Shown here piece by piece: positions 49,774 through 62,702 of a DNA stretch of 64,000 nt. The notes under the pieces were generated by a model, which saw only the letters and a list, made by a program, of their open reading frames with translations, searched no databases and was not told the DNA's origin. How positions within the stretch are numbered: position 1 is the stretch's first letter; the number at the start of each line of letters is the position of its first letter. Made by a program: the position numbers and the translations under genes. Source of the stretch: Candidatus Latescibacterota bacterium (GTDB lineage: Bacteria > Latescibacterota > UBA2968); contig OZ242010.1 in assembly GCA_965204745.1 (NCBI GenBank), positions 3,616,001-3,680,000 of the forward strand. Reading direction: 5' to 3'.

Positions 49774-51260
49774 CGCGCACGCTCCTGTCGCGGTGTCGTG
49801 CGTTGGCTTGCTCGGATGTCGCGCAGCCGGTTCGCCATCTGCTCCGCGATAGCCGGATGGGCTGACGCCACATTTTCGATCTGCCCGATGTCGCCCGACA
49901 AGTCGTAGAGTTGTGGGGCCGGCGCATTGCCGGTTTCGATGTTGACATTGGTATTCACGGGCGGGCCTTCATGTGGCGGAATGAAAACCCAGTCTCCCCG
50001 TCGCAAAACGGTTTTTGCCTGTATGCCTTCCAAGACGATCTCGGCGCGGCCCGCATCGCTTTGCCCCAACAGCGCGTCGAGCACATTCGCGCTGTCGGGC
50101 CCCGCGTCAGAATCGAGCGAAACGCCGGCCAGCGCGGCAAAAGAGGCGAGGAAATCGACCTGACTGACCAGCGCTTGGGATGCGCCGGGGTTGACCCTGC
50201 CGGGCCAAGACAAGATGAAGGGCACGCGAGTGCCGCCGTCATACATGCTGTATTTGCCGCCGCGCAATGGGCCTGCGGGACGGTGATCCCCGCAGCGTTC
50301 AACGGCTTGGTCGTAGTACCCGTCGTTGAGCACCGGGCCGTTGTCGCTGGAGAAGATCACTATCGTGTTTTCTTTGAGCCCATGCCGGTCGAGCGCGTCG
50401 AGCATTTCGCCGACGCACCAGTCCATTTCGGCGATGGTATCGCCGCGCGGCCCCAGTGTCGTGCTGCCCACAAACCGGGGATGGGGCAGGCGCGGGACAT
50501 GGGGTTGGTGGAAAGCGTAGTACAAGAAGAAGGGGTTGTTTTTGTTTTGTTCGACGAATGATAGGGCTTTTCCCAAAAAGACGTCGGCCATTTCTTCATC
50601 GACCCAAAGGGCTGCGTCGCCGCCTTTCATGTAGCCGATGCGGCTCACCCCATTGACGATGCTCATGTCGTGCCCATGGTGGTATTTCATTTTGAGCAAT
50701 TCGGGATTGTCCTTCCCGGTGGGCAGGCCGGGAAAGGGCTTGTTTCTGTTGTACTCGACTTCGATGGGATCGGCTGGATCCAGACCGACGACATCCCTGC
50801 CGTCGAGGTACACGCAGGGCACGCGGTCATTGGTTGCGGCCATGATGAAAGACGAGTCAAATCCAATGTCGAGCGGGGTTCCGGGAAGGGGCGCGTTCCA
50901 ATTTTGATTGCCCGCGCCAATGCCGAGGTGCCATTTGCCCACAACGCCGGTTGCGTAGCCGGCCCGTTTGAGCATCGAAGGCAAGGTGCAGGTATCGGGG
51001 TCGATGATGAGGGGCGCGTCGCCGGGCAAGATGTGGGCGCGTTCATCGCGCCAGGAATAAGACCCGGTGAGCAAGCTGTAGCGCGAGGGAGTACACGTCG
51101 CGGCAGTGGCATACCCGTTGTGGAACATCACGCCCTCGGCTACGAGGCGGTCGATGTTGGGCGTGTCGAGTGCGGTGGCGCCGTAACAGCTCACGTCGCC
51201 AAAGCCGAGGTCGTCGGCGTACATGACGATGATATTGGGGTGTTGCGTGGAATCGGCCAT
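49770..51260 (-). CDS. Arylsulfatase (formylglycine-dependent)
   Basis: PNIIVMYADDLG, CTPSR, GKWHLG, SSDNG. Confidence 0.93.
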   Translation of the reverse strand: MADSTQHPNIIVMYADDLGFGDVSCYGATALDTPNIDRLVAEGVMFHNGYATAATCTPSRYSLLTGSYSWRDERAHILPGDAPLIIDPDTCTLPSMLKRAGYATGVVGKWHLGIGAGNQNWNAPLPGTPLDIGFDSSFIMAATNDRVPCVYLDGRDVVGLDPADPIEVEYNRNKPFPGLPTGKDNPELLKMKYHHGHDMSIVNGVSRIGYMKGGDAALWVDEEMADVFLGKALSFVEQNKNNPFFLYYAFHQPHVPRLPHPRFVGSTTLGPRGDTIAEMDWCVGEMLDALDRHGLKENTIVIFSSDNGPVLNDGYYDQAVERCGDHRPAGPLRGGKYSMYDGGTRVPFILSWPGRVNPGASQALVSQVDFLASFAALAGVSLDSDAGPDSANVLDALLGQSDAGRAEIVLEGIQAKTVLRRGDWVFIPPHEGPPVNTNVNIETGNAPAPQLYDLSGDIGQIENVASAHPAIAEQMANRLRDIRASQRTTPRQERAR

Positions 51261-51368
51261 AGGGTATCCTTTCTCATAATGGGACGGGCAATATAGGGCG
51301 TCGTCCAACTGGCAAGCAAGCAGAAAGACGCATGCGCGTTTGGCAGAAGAAATGAAACAAAAACAGCA

Positions 51369-51470
51369 TTCTGACGTAAAAGGCGATGAGATGGCACCTT
51401 GCGTCTTGCCTCTTGCCTCTCACCTCTTGCCTCTTGCCTCGTTCTGACGTAAAAGGCGATGAGATGGCAC
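51369..51470 (+). repeat. 29-bp direct repeat flanking six CTTGCCT-type heptamers
   Basis: TTCTGACGTAAAAGGCGATGAGATGGCAC at 51369-51397 and 51442-51470. Confidence 0.92.
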
Positions 51471-51491
51471 ATTCACACAAAGGAGGGAACG

Positions 51492-52277
51492 ATGATGCGA
51501 TTGGCAGTTGTTGCGGCGTTGTTGAGTTGGGCGGCCCAAAACGCCGCGGCGGAAACCCATCCGGCGGCAGAGGGCTTTGATCAGGCGGGATCCGATGCCG
51601 AGGCCATCGAGATCGCGGACGCGGTGATGGCAAAAATGGGCGGGTGGAAAAATTGGGATCAGACGCGGTACCTTACGTGGCGTTTTTTTGGCCGGCGTCT
51701 GCACGTCTGGGACAAGTGGACGGGCGATCTGCGGCACGAGGATGGGGACAGGCTCGTTTTGATGAATCTCGGGACGAAAACGGGCCGCGTGTGGTTTGGC
51801 GGCACAGAGGTGACACAGGCGGATTCCGTGAGAAAATACGTGAATCAGGGGTACAGGCGGTGGATCAATGATTCGTATTGGCTGGTGATGCCCTACAAGT
51901 TGAAGGATTCGGGCGTGACCTTAAAATACAGCGGCGAGGATGAAACGCAGGATGGCCGCCCCGCGCATAAATTGACCCTGACATTTGCGGATGTGGGCGT
52001 CACGCCGCAAAACAAATACGATGTGTGGGTGGATAAAGAGCGCAATCTGGTGACGGAGTGGGCTTTTTATCCCAAAGCATTAGACGTGGAACCCCGCTTC
52101 CGCAATCCGTGGACGAATTGGACAAAGCACGGCAATATCCTGCTTTCGGATGGCCGCGGGTCCACGCGCAGAGGCGAACGCAAGCATTCGGATATCGCGG
52201 TTTTCGACGCGCTGCCAGCATCGGTATTTGAAAGCCCGGATCCCGTGGATCTGATGGCGTTGAAAAATCGACAGTAG
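51492..52277 (+). CDS. Secreted hypothetical protein (possibly LolA-like/DUF6503-like)
   Basis: Signal peptide; AIEIADAVMAKMGG, WINDSYWLVMPYKLKDSGV; RBS AGGAGG. Confidence 0.7.
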   Translation: MMRLAVVAALLSWAAQNAAAETHPAAEGFDQAGSDAEAIEIADAVMAKMGGWKNWDQTRYLTWRFFGRRLHVWDKWTGDLRHEDGDRLVLMNLGTKTGRVWFGGTEVTQADSVRKYVNQGYRRWINDSYWLVMPYKLKDSGVTLKYSGEDETQDGRPAHKLTLTFADVGVTPQNKYDVWVDKERNLVTEWAFYPKALDVEPRFRNPWTNWTKHGNILLSDGRGSTRRGERKHSDIAVFDALPASVFESPDPVDLMALKNRQ

Positions 52278-52660
52278 GCGGTCCGTGCAACGTTGCCCTT
52301 CCGCGCCGCCGTGTCTGAATCGCGGATTAAACGGATTAGGGGATTGCGCGGATTACCACCCACCGCCCTACCGCCATAGACCTATCCCCCCGGCCCCCGT
52401 TATTCGCTTCGCTCATTGTAGGCTACGCCTGTGCCTACAAGGAAAGGGGGAGCGCATGGCTTTTTGAAGGTTTATATCCCTGTCTGTTTTGATGGCTTTG
52501 CGCGAATGGATCACGCCATAGAAACCCAAACCCCTCTCGCGTAAATCTCTCGCAAGACCCATCGCCATTCCCCCTTGTATCTTCCTCGCAGGCACAGGCG
52601 TAGCCTACAACGAAGCGTAGCGAGTAACGGGGATTAGGGGGGTAAGTCCCGATTTGTGCA

Positions 52661-54049
52661 TCAATACCCCTTTGCCAGGTCCGCTCGGCTTTGGGCTTCG
52701 GCGGCTTCGGGGTCGCGTCTCAATTCTTTGGTCAAGAGGGCGTGTAGGTGTGCGATGCGCTCTGCCTGCGCGGGGTCCGCGGCGAGGTTGTCGAACTCCC
52801 CCGGATCAGCTGCGAGATGGTACAGTTCGCGTTCCGGGCCGTGGTCCGCGTCGAAGCGCGTGTGGTACACGTATTTCCATGGCCCTTGCCGGATCATCGC
52901 CATGCCCGACGCGATGTTGTGACCGTAGTATTCGCTGATGGCAATGTCGCGCCAACCGCTGGTCTCGTCGTCCAAATAATTGAGCAGGGACGCGCCATCC
53001 CAATCGTCTGAGGATTCCGCGCCGCCGATCTCGGCGATAGTTCGCGCCAGATCGACCAGTGAACACGTGCCTGCCCGTCGTTGTCCGCCGGCCCAGCGTT
53101 TTGGGTAGGATGCGATGAGGGGCATCCGCGCTGCGTGTTCGTACAGGTTGTTTTTCCACCACAAGCCGTGGTCGCCCTTGTTCTCGCCGTGGTCCGAGCA
53201 GTAAATGACGATGGTGTCGTCCGATACGGCTGATTCGCCGAGCGCGTCGAGCAACTTGCCGATCTCGTCGTCCAACCAGTTCACAAAGCCCCAGTAGAGT
53301 TCGCGGCCCAATTTCGTCTGCGCGGCCGTGGCCTTTGTCACCCCAAATCCGGCCCGCAGATGTTTGTAATTGGTCGGCAAGGTGTCCAAGAACCCGTCGG
53401 GGATCTCGGGCATGGGCACTTTGTCTTTGTAGGGCGCGTGATACGCCTCGGGGATGGTCAAGGGAAAGTGCGGCGCGAGGTAGCCAGCCAGCAAGAAGAA
53501 GGGTTTGTCATCGGCGTTGCGATTTCGCAAAAACGCGCTGCACTCCGCCGTTACTTTGCGATCTTTTTCCAGGATGGGCGACGTATCGCCGGTTTTGAAC
53601 GCGGCTACCCGGCCTTCCCAACCGCGACTCGATTCCGACAGGTCGTCGTACGCCCGCCGCCCGCCCTTGCCGGATTTTTGCCCTTGGTTCGCGCCGGGAT
53701 ACACATCCCGAAAACCATAGCGGTGCGCGCTGGCAAAGTGCATTTTGCCGCCGAGCCAGCATTCGTAGCCGGCCGCGTTCAAGGCGTGGGGCAACGAGGG
53801 ATACTCGTCTGTGGGCAGTTGGCAATCATTCGTCCACACCCCGCACCGGCTCACGTATTGCGCTGCTGTGAAACTCGCCCGCGCAGGCGCGCAAAGCGGC
53901 GAACTCGTGTACGCCGCGTCAAAGACGATGCCCCTTTCTGCCAACCCATCCAAATGCGGCGTTCGCACAATGGGATCGCCATAACACCCCATCACCCCCG
54001 GGTCGTGTTCATCGGACATGATCATCAAAATATTCGGTCGGTCAGCCAT
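52661..54049 (-). CDS. Sulfatase (choline-sulfatase-like)
   Basis: PNILMIMSDEH, CAPAR, GKMHF, SDHGE, ELYHL..DPGE. Confidence 0.92.
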   Translation of the reverse strand: MADRPNILMIMSDEHDPGVMGCYGDPIVRTPHLDGLAERGIVFDAAYTSSPLCAPARASFTAAQYVSRCGVWTNDCQLPTDEYPSLPHALNAAGYECWLGGKMHFASAHRYGFRDVYPGANQGQKSGKGGRRAYDDLSESSRGWEGRVAAFKTGDTSPILEKDRKVTAECSAFLRNRNADDKPFFLLAGYLAPHFPLTIPEAYHAPYKDKVPMPEIPDGFLDTLPTNYKHLRAGFGVTKATAAQTKLGRELYWGFVNWLDDEIGKLLDALGESAVSDDTIVIYCSDHGENKGDHGLWWKNNLYEHAARMPLIASYPKRWAGGQRRAGTCSLVDLARTIAEIGGAESSDDWDGASLLNYLDDETSGWRDIAISEYYGHNIASGMAMIRQGPWKYVYHTRFDADHGPERELYHLAADPGEFDNLAADPAQAERIAHLHALLTKELRRDPEAAEAQSRADLAKGY

Positions 54050-54066
54050 GAAATTCTCCTTTCCAT

Positions 54067-54756
54067 TCAGCCGCGTCCATCCGCGGCGTCTGCGATGTAG
54101 GTCAAATAGGCGCTGTGCCCGTGCGATACGGGACATGAGATGGGCAAATGCCCGAGGTGTTTTTTGAGGGTTTTGAGGCGGCCTTTGACCGTGGTCACGC
54201 AAAGCGCGATATTTTTATCCCGATTTAAAAATGAAAAATCGTGCAAAAAAATATCCACCCGAGCGGCCAGTCGGGCCGCGATGAGCGCGTGCCCAATGCG
54301 GGTTGCTTCCGATTCAGAGGGCATGGGAATGACCAGGATATGGGGCGCGGATCGCAACGTAGGGGGAACCGAGATGCCGAGTTCGGTTTTGCCAGTGTTG
54401 CGTGCGTCGCAAATTTTTTGCACCACTGCATGGACCAAGAATATTGCGAGGCACAGGATCAGGCCCATACCCACATGCTTCATCAACCCGCTGTAAAACG
54501 CGCTCTGTTGGGGATCCTCGGCGTGGAAGAACGCATTCTGAAAATGTTCGGGCGATTCCGCGACCAATTTTCGGGCGATAACGCGCACTTGTGCGTTCGC
54601 CGCAGGGGGCAATGGCGAGACGCGCTCAAAGCCATACAGGGTGCGGATCATCTCTCTCGCGACGCGCAGGGCCTGTTCCTCCCGCGCAGGGGCCACGGCC
54701 CATGCGGTAGCGACCGCGCAAAACCCAACGAGTATGATGGTGCAGATTTTCAACAT
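54067..54756 (-). CDS. Membrane protein with a periplasmic N-domain and C-terminal CutA1-like domain
   Basis: Signal peptide, one TM helix, MPSESEATRIGHALIAARLAARV...GHSAYLTYI. Confidence 0.6.
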   Translation of the reverse strand: MLKICTIILVGFCAVATAWAVAPAREEQALRVAREMIRTLYGFERVSPLPPAANAQVRVIARKLVAESPEHFQNAFFHAEDPQQSAFYSGLMKHVGMGLILCLAIFLVHAVVQKICDARNTGKTELGISVPPTLRSAPHILVIPMPSESEATRIGHALIAARLAARVDIFLHDFSFLNRDKNIALCVTTVKGRLKTLKKHLGHLPISCPVSHGHSAYLTYIADAADGRG

Positions 54757-54799
54757 TTTATCGGTCACTCCGATCAACGGCCGAGCACGGGGGCATGGA

Positions 54800-55105
54800 A
54801 AAAAAAGGTGAGAGGTGAGAGGCAAGACGGGAGAAGACCTACACTCACTGCTCGCCTTTGGACTGGCTGTCGCTAGTTGTACCCCGCTCGTGGCTAAACT
54901 TGCCTCTTGCCTCTTGCCTCTTGCCTTTTTAGGCGAGCACGGGGCGTCGCCCCTACACATATCGCTCACCTTTGAACTGGCTATCGCCAGTTGTACCCCG
55001 CTCGTGCCTTTTGCGCCTTTTGTGGCTAATCGCCTTTTGTGGCTCACTTCAGGTTGGGTGGGCGGGTGTGGACTGACCACTGACTACTGACCACTGACTA
55101 CTGCC
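54800..55105. repeat. Mosaic spacer: GTGAGAG and CTTGCCT heptamers, two copies of module A, a GTAG-REP, GCCAC-AAAA units and an ACTGACC array
   Basis: Module A at 54860-54889 and 54974-55003. Confidence 0.85.
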
Positions 55106-55115
55106 TCTTCCCTTT

Positions 55116-58230
<3,115 letters not shown>

Positions 58231-58253
58231 GTCAGTAGTCAGTAGTCAGTAGT

Positions 58254-58486
58254 CAATGCGAATTAAGAGTAGAAAACGAGTAAGAAGCAAGCCGCGGCCA
58301 ATCGCCCAAAGACCTCAACGAGTCATCCATTATAGAATCGCCCCTTAGAACTTGTCTGAAAACAAACGATGCCCTCTCCTCCGGCTCCTCCCCGCAACGC
58401 AGAGACGTTATTCCCCCCTTCCTCGCAGGCACAGGCGTAGCCTACAACGAAGCGTAGCGAGTAACGGGGGTTAGGGGGGTAGGTCA
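58254..58486 (-). mobile_element. Partial inverted MITE copy with about 50 bp of extra internal sequence
   Basis: CAATGCGAATTAAGAGTAGAAA.. matches the reverse complement of the 8369 end; abuts a GTCAGTA array. Confidence 0.7.
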
Positions 58487-58487
58487 C

Positions 58488-58952
58488 TCATTTTTTTCGC
58501 TCGTAATATACCACCGTGAATTGATCGTGCGTCTCTTTTTGCGTTATGACCCATTCCCGTTCATCGAACTCGGGAAAGTATGCGTCGCCTTCGTACTCCG
58601 CGTGGATGTACGACAAAATCATGCGGTCGGCTTTTGGGAGGGTTGCGCGGTAGATTTCACCGCCCCCGCAGATGAATACCTCCCTGCCGTAAGACTCGGC
58701 TTTTTGGATCGCTTCTTTGAGGGACCGGCAAACGTCCACATCTTTTGCTTCGGGCATGGATCGGCTCACAATCACATGCGGGCGGCCCGGCAGGGGTTTG
58801 CTCCCGATAGATCGATAGGTCCTTCGCCCCATCAAAATAACGTGCCCGCTCGTCGTGCGCCGAAAGTGCTGCGACTCTGCCGATATATGCCAGGGCATTT
58901 TGTTGTCTTTCCCAATCACGCGGTTTTTGTCCATAGCTGCGATGATGGTCAT
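58488..58952 (-). CDS. folA: Dihydrofolate reductase
   Basis: IIAAMDKNRVIG, MPWH, MGRRTY, PLPGR, GGGEIY, GDAYFP. Confidence 0.96.
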   Translation of the reverse strand: MTIIAAMDKNRVIGKDNKMPWHISAESQHFRRTTSGHVILMGRRTYRSIGSKPLPGRPHVIVSRSMPEAKDVDVCRSLKEAIQKAESYGREVFICGGGEIYRATLPKADRMILSYIHAEYEGDAYFPEFDEREWVITQKETHDQFTVVYYERKK

Positions 58953-59025
58953 GGCGTTTCCTTAGCTACGATGATGGTCATGGCGTTTCCTCTGAACTGG
59001 CTGTCGCCAGTTGTACCCCGCTCGT

Positions 59026-59112
59026 GCCTTTTGTGGTATCGAAGAACAATTCGGTATTACGCCTATCAGTCCGCAGAATTTTCTTTTTATCGTTAAGGAG
59101 CGAGAACGATGA
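59026..59112 (+). pseudogene. C-terminal remnant of a PIN-family toxin
   Basis: FCGIEEQFGITPISPQNFL..; stop overlaps the antitoxin ATG; 5' part is replaced by module A. Confidence 0.55.
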
Positions 59113-59345
59113 GCGCGCTTACTGTTCGTTTGCCAAATTCCCTGCATGTGAAAATTAAAGAACTGGCTCAGGCCGAAGGGTTGTCGATCAATCAGTTTAT
59201 AGTGACTGCTGCTGCTGAAAAAATGGCGGCCCTGCTCTCGGAAGACTATCTGGATCACGAGGCAAAACGCGGTCACCGTGCAGATTTTGAAAAAGTCTTA
59301 AAAGCCGTCCCGCACATTGAGCCAGAAGAACACGACCAGCTTTGA
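59109..59345 (+). CDS. HicB-like ribbon-helix-helix antitoxin
   Basis: MSALTVRLPNSLH..LAQAEGLSINQFI..AAAEK. Confidence 0.85.
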   Translation: MSALTVRLPNSLHVKIKELAQAEGLSINQFIVTAAAEKMAALLSEDYLDHEAKRGHRADFEKVLKAVPHIEPEEHDQL

Positions 59346-59461
59346 AGTAGCAAACCGGCGGAATCGGGATGAGCAGAGGGAGGAAGCACCCCTACGATTG
59401 CCGTTGTTTAATCCCGTTCATTCTTTTTTTTCGTATAACGGTGTACAACTTCGACAGGAGT

Positions 59462-60811
59462 TTATCCCGATCCGCCCTTCGCCTCTGCAATCTCGAGCAG
59501 GGCATTGGTTTTGACGACATGCCCGATCAAATCGTGCTCGGTGGCGTCGGTGATCTCGACGTCGACGAAATCGCCGATTTGGGCGGGGCCGGTGAAGAAC
59601 ACGCCGCCGTCGATCTCGGGCGCGTCCATGCGCGTGCGGCCCACATAGTGATATGCCGGATCGTCCGACACCTCGTCCACCAACACCTTGAACGTGCGCC
59701 CAATGTGCGCGGCGTTCAAGTCGCCTGAGATGCACGCCTGCAATGCCATGATGTCGTTTAGCCGCTCGCGCTTGACTTCATCGGGCACGTCATCGGTCAA
59801 GTGACTCGCCCGCGTGCCATCCTCGTGCGAATAGGTGAACCCCACGAGGCGATTGAATTGCATTTCATCGACAAAATCCATCAATTCCGCGACGTGTTCA
59901 TCGCGCTCCCCCGGAAATCCCGCGATGATCGACGACCGAAGCGTCAAATTCGGGATGCGAGCGCGCAAGGCGTGGATCAACTTGCGGATGCCCGCTTGCG
60001 TGGTGCTGCGGTTCATCGCCTTCAAAATGGGGTCGGATGCGTGCTGAATGGGCAAGTCGATGTACCCGCACAATTTCTCTTCCCTCGCCAACAGGTCGAT
60101 CAACTCATCGCGCCAACCCGTTGGATACGCGTACAGCAGGCGCACCCAATCGAGGCCATCGATCTCGACCAACGCCTTCAGCAAATCCGTCAATCGGGGC
60201 TTGCCGTACACATCCGCGCCATAGCGCATGGTATCCTGCGCGACGAGGGCGATTTCGCGCACCCCTTGTGCCACCAAGCGATGGGCTTCGGCCACCAAGC
60301 GATAGAGGTCTTCGCTCTCGTTCTGCCCGCGAAAACTGGGAATGGCGCAAAACGCACACGCCCGGTCGCAGCCATCCGAGATCCGCAAATACGCCCAGTG
60401 CTTCGGGGTGAGCAAGTGCCGGGACTCCGCGTCTCGAATCGTCTGAATGCGCGACGTGCCCAGCAAGTGATCGCAATGCGCCACGATGTCGCGCTCTCCC
60501 GCAAGGCCCACGATCATGTCCGCCTCCACGAGTTCGGCTTCCAATTCCGTGCGGTATCGCTCGGCCAAACAACCGGTGACGATCACCCCGCGGCACCTGC
60601 CCTCGTCCTTGTACTCGGCGGCGTCCATCACTGCGGCAATGGATTCTTCCTTAGCCGAGTCGATGAACCCGCAGGTATTGACGACAATGACATCGGCGTC
60701 TTCGGCATCGTCCGACAGGTCGTACCCATTCAGCGCGAGGAGGCGGTGCATGCGCTCGGAATCCACCGTGTTTTTCGGACAGCCCAGGGTGATGAGGTTA
60801 ATCGTCGGCAT
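59462..60811 (-). CDS. rimO: Ribosomal protein S12 methylthiotransferase
   Basis: LGCPKNTVDSE, NTCGFIDSAKEES, CDRACAFC, DAPEIDG TRAM domain. Confidence 0.96.
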   Translation of the reverse strand: MPTINLITLGCPKNTVDSERMHRLLALNGYDLSDDAEDADVIVVNTCGFIDSAKEESIAAVMDAAEYKDEGRCRGVIVTGCLAERYRTELEAELVEADMIVGLAGERDIVAHCDHLLGTSRIQTIRDAESRHLLTPKHWAYLRISDGCDRACAFCAIPSFRGQNESEDLYRLVAEAHRLVAQGVREIALVAQDTMRYGADVYGKPRLTDLLKALVEIDGLDWVRLLYAYPTGWRDELIDLLAREEKLCGYIDLPIQHASDPILKAMNRSTTQAGIRKLIHALRARIPNLTLRSSIIAGFPGERDEHVAELMDFVDEMQFNRLVGFTYSHEDGTRASHLTDDVPDEVKRERLNDIMALQACISGDLNAAHIGRTFKVLVDEVSDDPAYHYVGRTRMDAPEIDGGVFFTGPAQIGDFVDVEITDATEHDLIGHVVKTNALLEIAEAKGGSG

Positions 60812-60825
60812 AAAAACCACCTGTG

Positions 60826-61719
60826 TTATGCGGAAACGCCCAATTGCGAACCGGCGTGGACATGGACTTCAATGCCCGCCTGCGCGTTGCGGATCAAATC
60901 CTCGTCAAAGACAATGCGCCCGGGTTCAAACAGGAGCACCAGCGTGGATCCACCGAATTGAAAATAGCCCTTTTCCGCGCCGCGTGCAACCCGGCCCGTG
61001 CGATATGTTTGGACGATGCGCCCCACGGCCCAGCCCGCGATTTCCATGATCATCACGCGGCCAAAGTCCGCGGTTTCGAGGTACGTAACCGCGCGCTTGT
61101 TGTGGGCGAACAAATCCGGTTTGACGTCGAGCAAGATGGGGTTGACGAGATAGTAGCGCCCGGCAATTTCAGTCGGCGGCGTTGCGATGCCATCCACCGG
61201 AAAGTGAAAGCGATGATAATCTGCCGGCGCGAGTCGAATCACCAGCGCGGCGCCATTGCAATACGGCGTTGCCGCTGTTTGCGATGCCAAGAGCTGGGCG
61301 ATATCCACATGCGCGCCTTTGACCGGCAACCGGGTTTGTTCGCAGAGCTCGGGATAGACCAGCGCCTTGCCATCCGCGGGCGAGCAGAAAACGCGCAGAT
61401 CGGAGACAAAGGGGCGGGCGCCGGGTTTGAGTTTGCGCGCGAAAAACGCATTCAAATTTTTGTATCGCGCGATGGGCTGTTCGACTTCGTCGAGGTCGAT
61501 GTCGTATTTCTCGACAAAGGCGGGGATTTTCTTCCGCGATCCCGCCCAATCCATCCCCTTGCCAAGCAACCAGCAAAACCAATGCGTGTTGAGGATCATA
61601 TCGCCGATCCACATCGCCACGCGAGACCGCGCAAGGGCATCTTGCACTTTGGGCAAAATCAACGCCTCGGAAATCATCTCACCGGTCACACGGTCGCGGT
61701 AGATCACTTGCTCGGTCAT
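60826..61719 (-). CDS. psd: Phosphatidylserine decarboxylase proenzyme
   Basis: FFARKLK, SPADG, RLAPADYHRFHFP, FGGST cleavage motif. Confidence 0.93.
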   Translation of the reverse strand: MTEQVIYRDRVTGEMISEALILPKVQDALARSRVAMWIGDMILNTHWFCWLLGKGMDWAGSRKKIPAFVEKYDIDLDEVEQPIARYKNLNAFFARKLKPGARPFVSDLRVFCSPADGKALVYPELCEQTRLPVKGAHVDIAQLLASQTAATPYCNGAALVIRLAPADYHRFHFPVDGIATPPTEIAGRYYLVNPILLDVKPDLFAHNKRAVTYLETADFGRVMIMEIAGWAVGRIVQTYRTGRVARGAEKGYFQFGGSTLVLLFEPGRIVFDEDLIRNAQAGIEVHVHAGSQLGVSA

Positions 61720-61744
61720 GGGATGTCCTTATTCGGCCCCCTCC

Positions 61745-62395
61745 TCAAGACGGGGGGTAGATCACGGGCCAAAACGATTCTGGTTCGGCTTCAAATGTCA
61801 TGCGTGTTTTTTTTGTCGGATGCGTCACGCGGATGGCTTGGGCGTGGAGGCCGATGGCGCGGTTGGGGAATGGCTTGCGCGATCCGTACTTGAAATCGCC
61901 CACTATCGGATGCCCGATATGCGCGAACTGCACGCGAATTTGATGATGGCGGCCCGTGGCGAGGTTCACGCGGATGCAGGAGATGCCATGGCGATAGGCC
62001 AACCGCTCAAACGAGAGTTCTGCGCGTTGTCCCGCGTGCGATACGATGCGGCTCTTGGTCTGTCGCCGCGCAATGTGATGCACCAGCCGCCCGGTCTTGA
62101 CAACTTTGCCCTCCACCAGTGCTATGTAGTGTTTTTCCACGGTTCGCCTGCGGAACTGATCCGACAAGCGACGCGCGGCAACCGAGGTGCGCGCAAAAAC
62201 CACCACGCCAGAGACGGGCCGATCCAAGCGATGGACCAAGCCGAGAAACACATTGCCGGGCTTGCCGAATGCGACCTTGAGATAGGCTTTGCCCATGTCG
62301 AGCAAATTTTCATCCGCCGTGTGATCGCCCTGGATGAGCAACCCAGCGGGTTTTCGCACGACCAGCAGATGATTGTCAAGGTAGAAAATGTCCAT
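61745..62395 (-). CDS. RluA-family pseudouridine synthase
   Basis: KPAGL, VHRLDRPVSG, TGRHHQIRVQ, GHPIVGD. Confidence 0.93.
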   Translation of the reverse strand: MDIFYLDNHLLVVRKPAGLLIQGDHTADENLLDMGKAYLKVAFGKPGNVFLGLVHRLDRPVSGVVVFARTSVAARRLSDQFRRRTVEKHYIALVEGKVVKTGRLVHHIARRQTKSRIVSHAGQRAELSFERLAYRHGISCIRVNLATGRHHQIRVQFAHIGHPIVGDFKYGSRKPFPNRAIGLHAQAIRVTHPTKKTRMTFEAEPESFWPVIYPPS

Positions 62396-62497
62396 GGCAA
62401 CTGCAATTTACACGCGCAATGCCCAAAGCGCAACCACCGCGCCCATTTTCAGATTGACCACGAGTTGCGAAGGCGGTATAAATGACAAAAAGCAACA

Positions 62498-62612
62498 TGA
62501 AAGGCGTGAGACGTGAGACGTGAGACGTGAGATGAAAGGCGTGAGACGTGAGATGAAAGGCGTGAGACGTGAGACGTGAGACGTGAAATGAAAGGCGTGA
62601 GACGTGAGATGA
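62498..62612 (+). repeat. (GTGAGAC)n array punctuated by ATGAAAGGC
   Basis: Direct inspection. Confidence 0.9.
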
Positions 62613-62702
62613 CCATCATCATTCCGGCGTAGGCAGGCACGCGCAAGCACAACGCAAGTAATCCAGTGACTTTCCGGCGGTTGGGCGGGGACTGACAACT
62701 GA

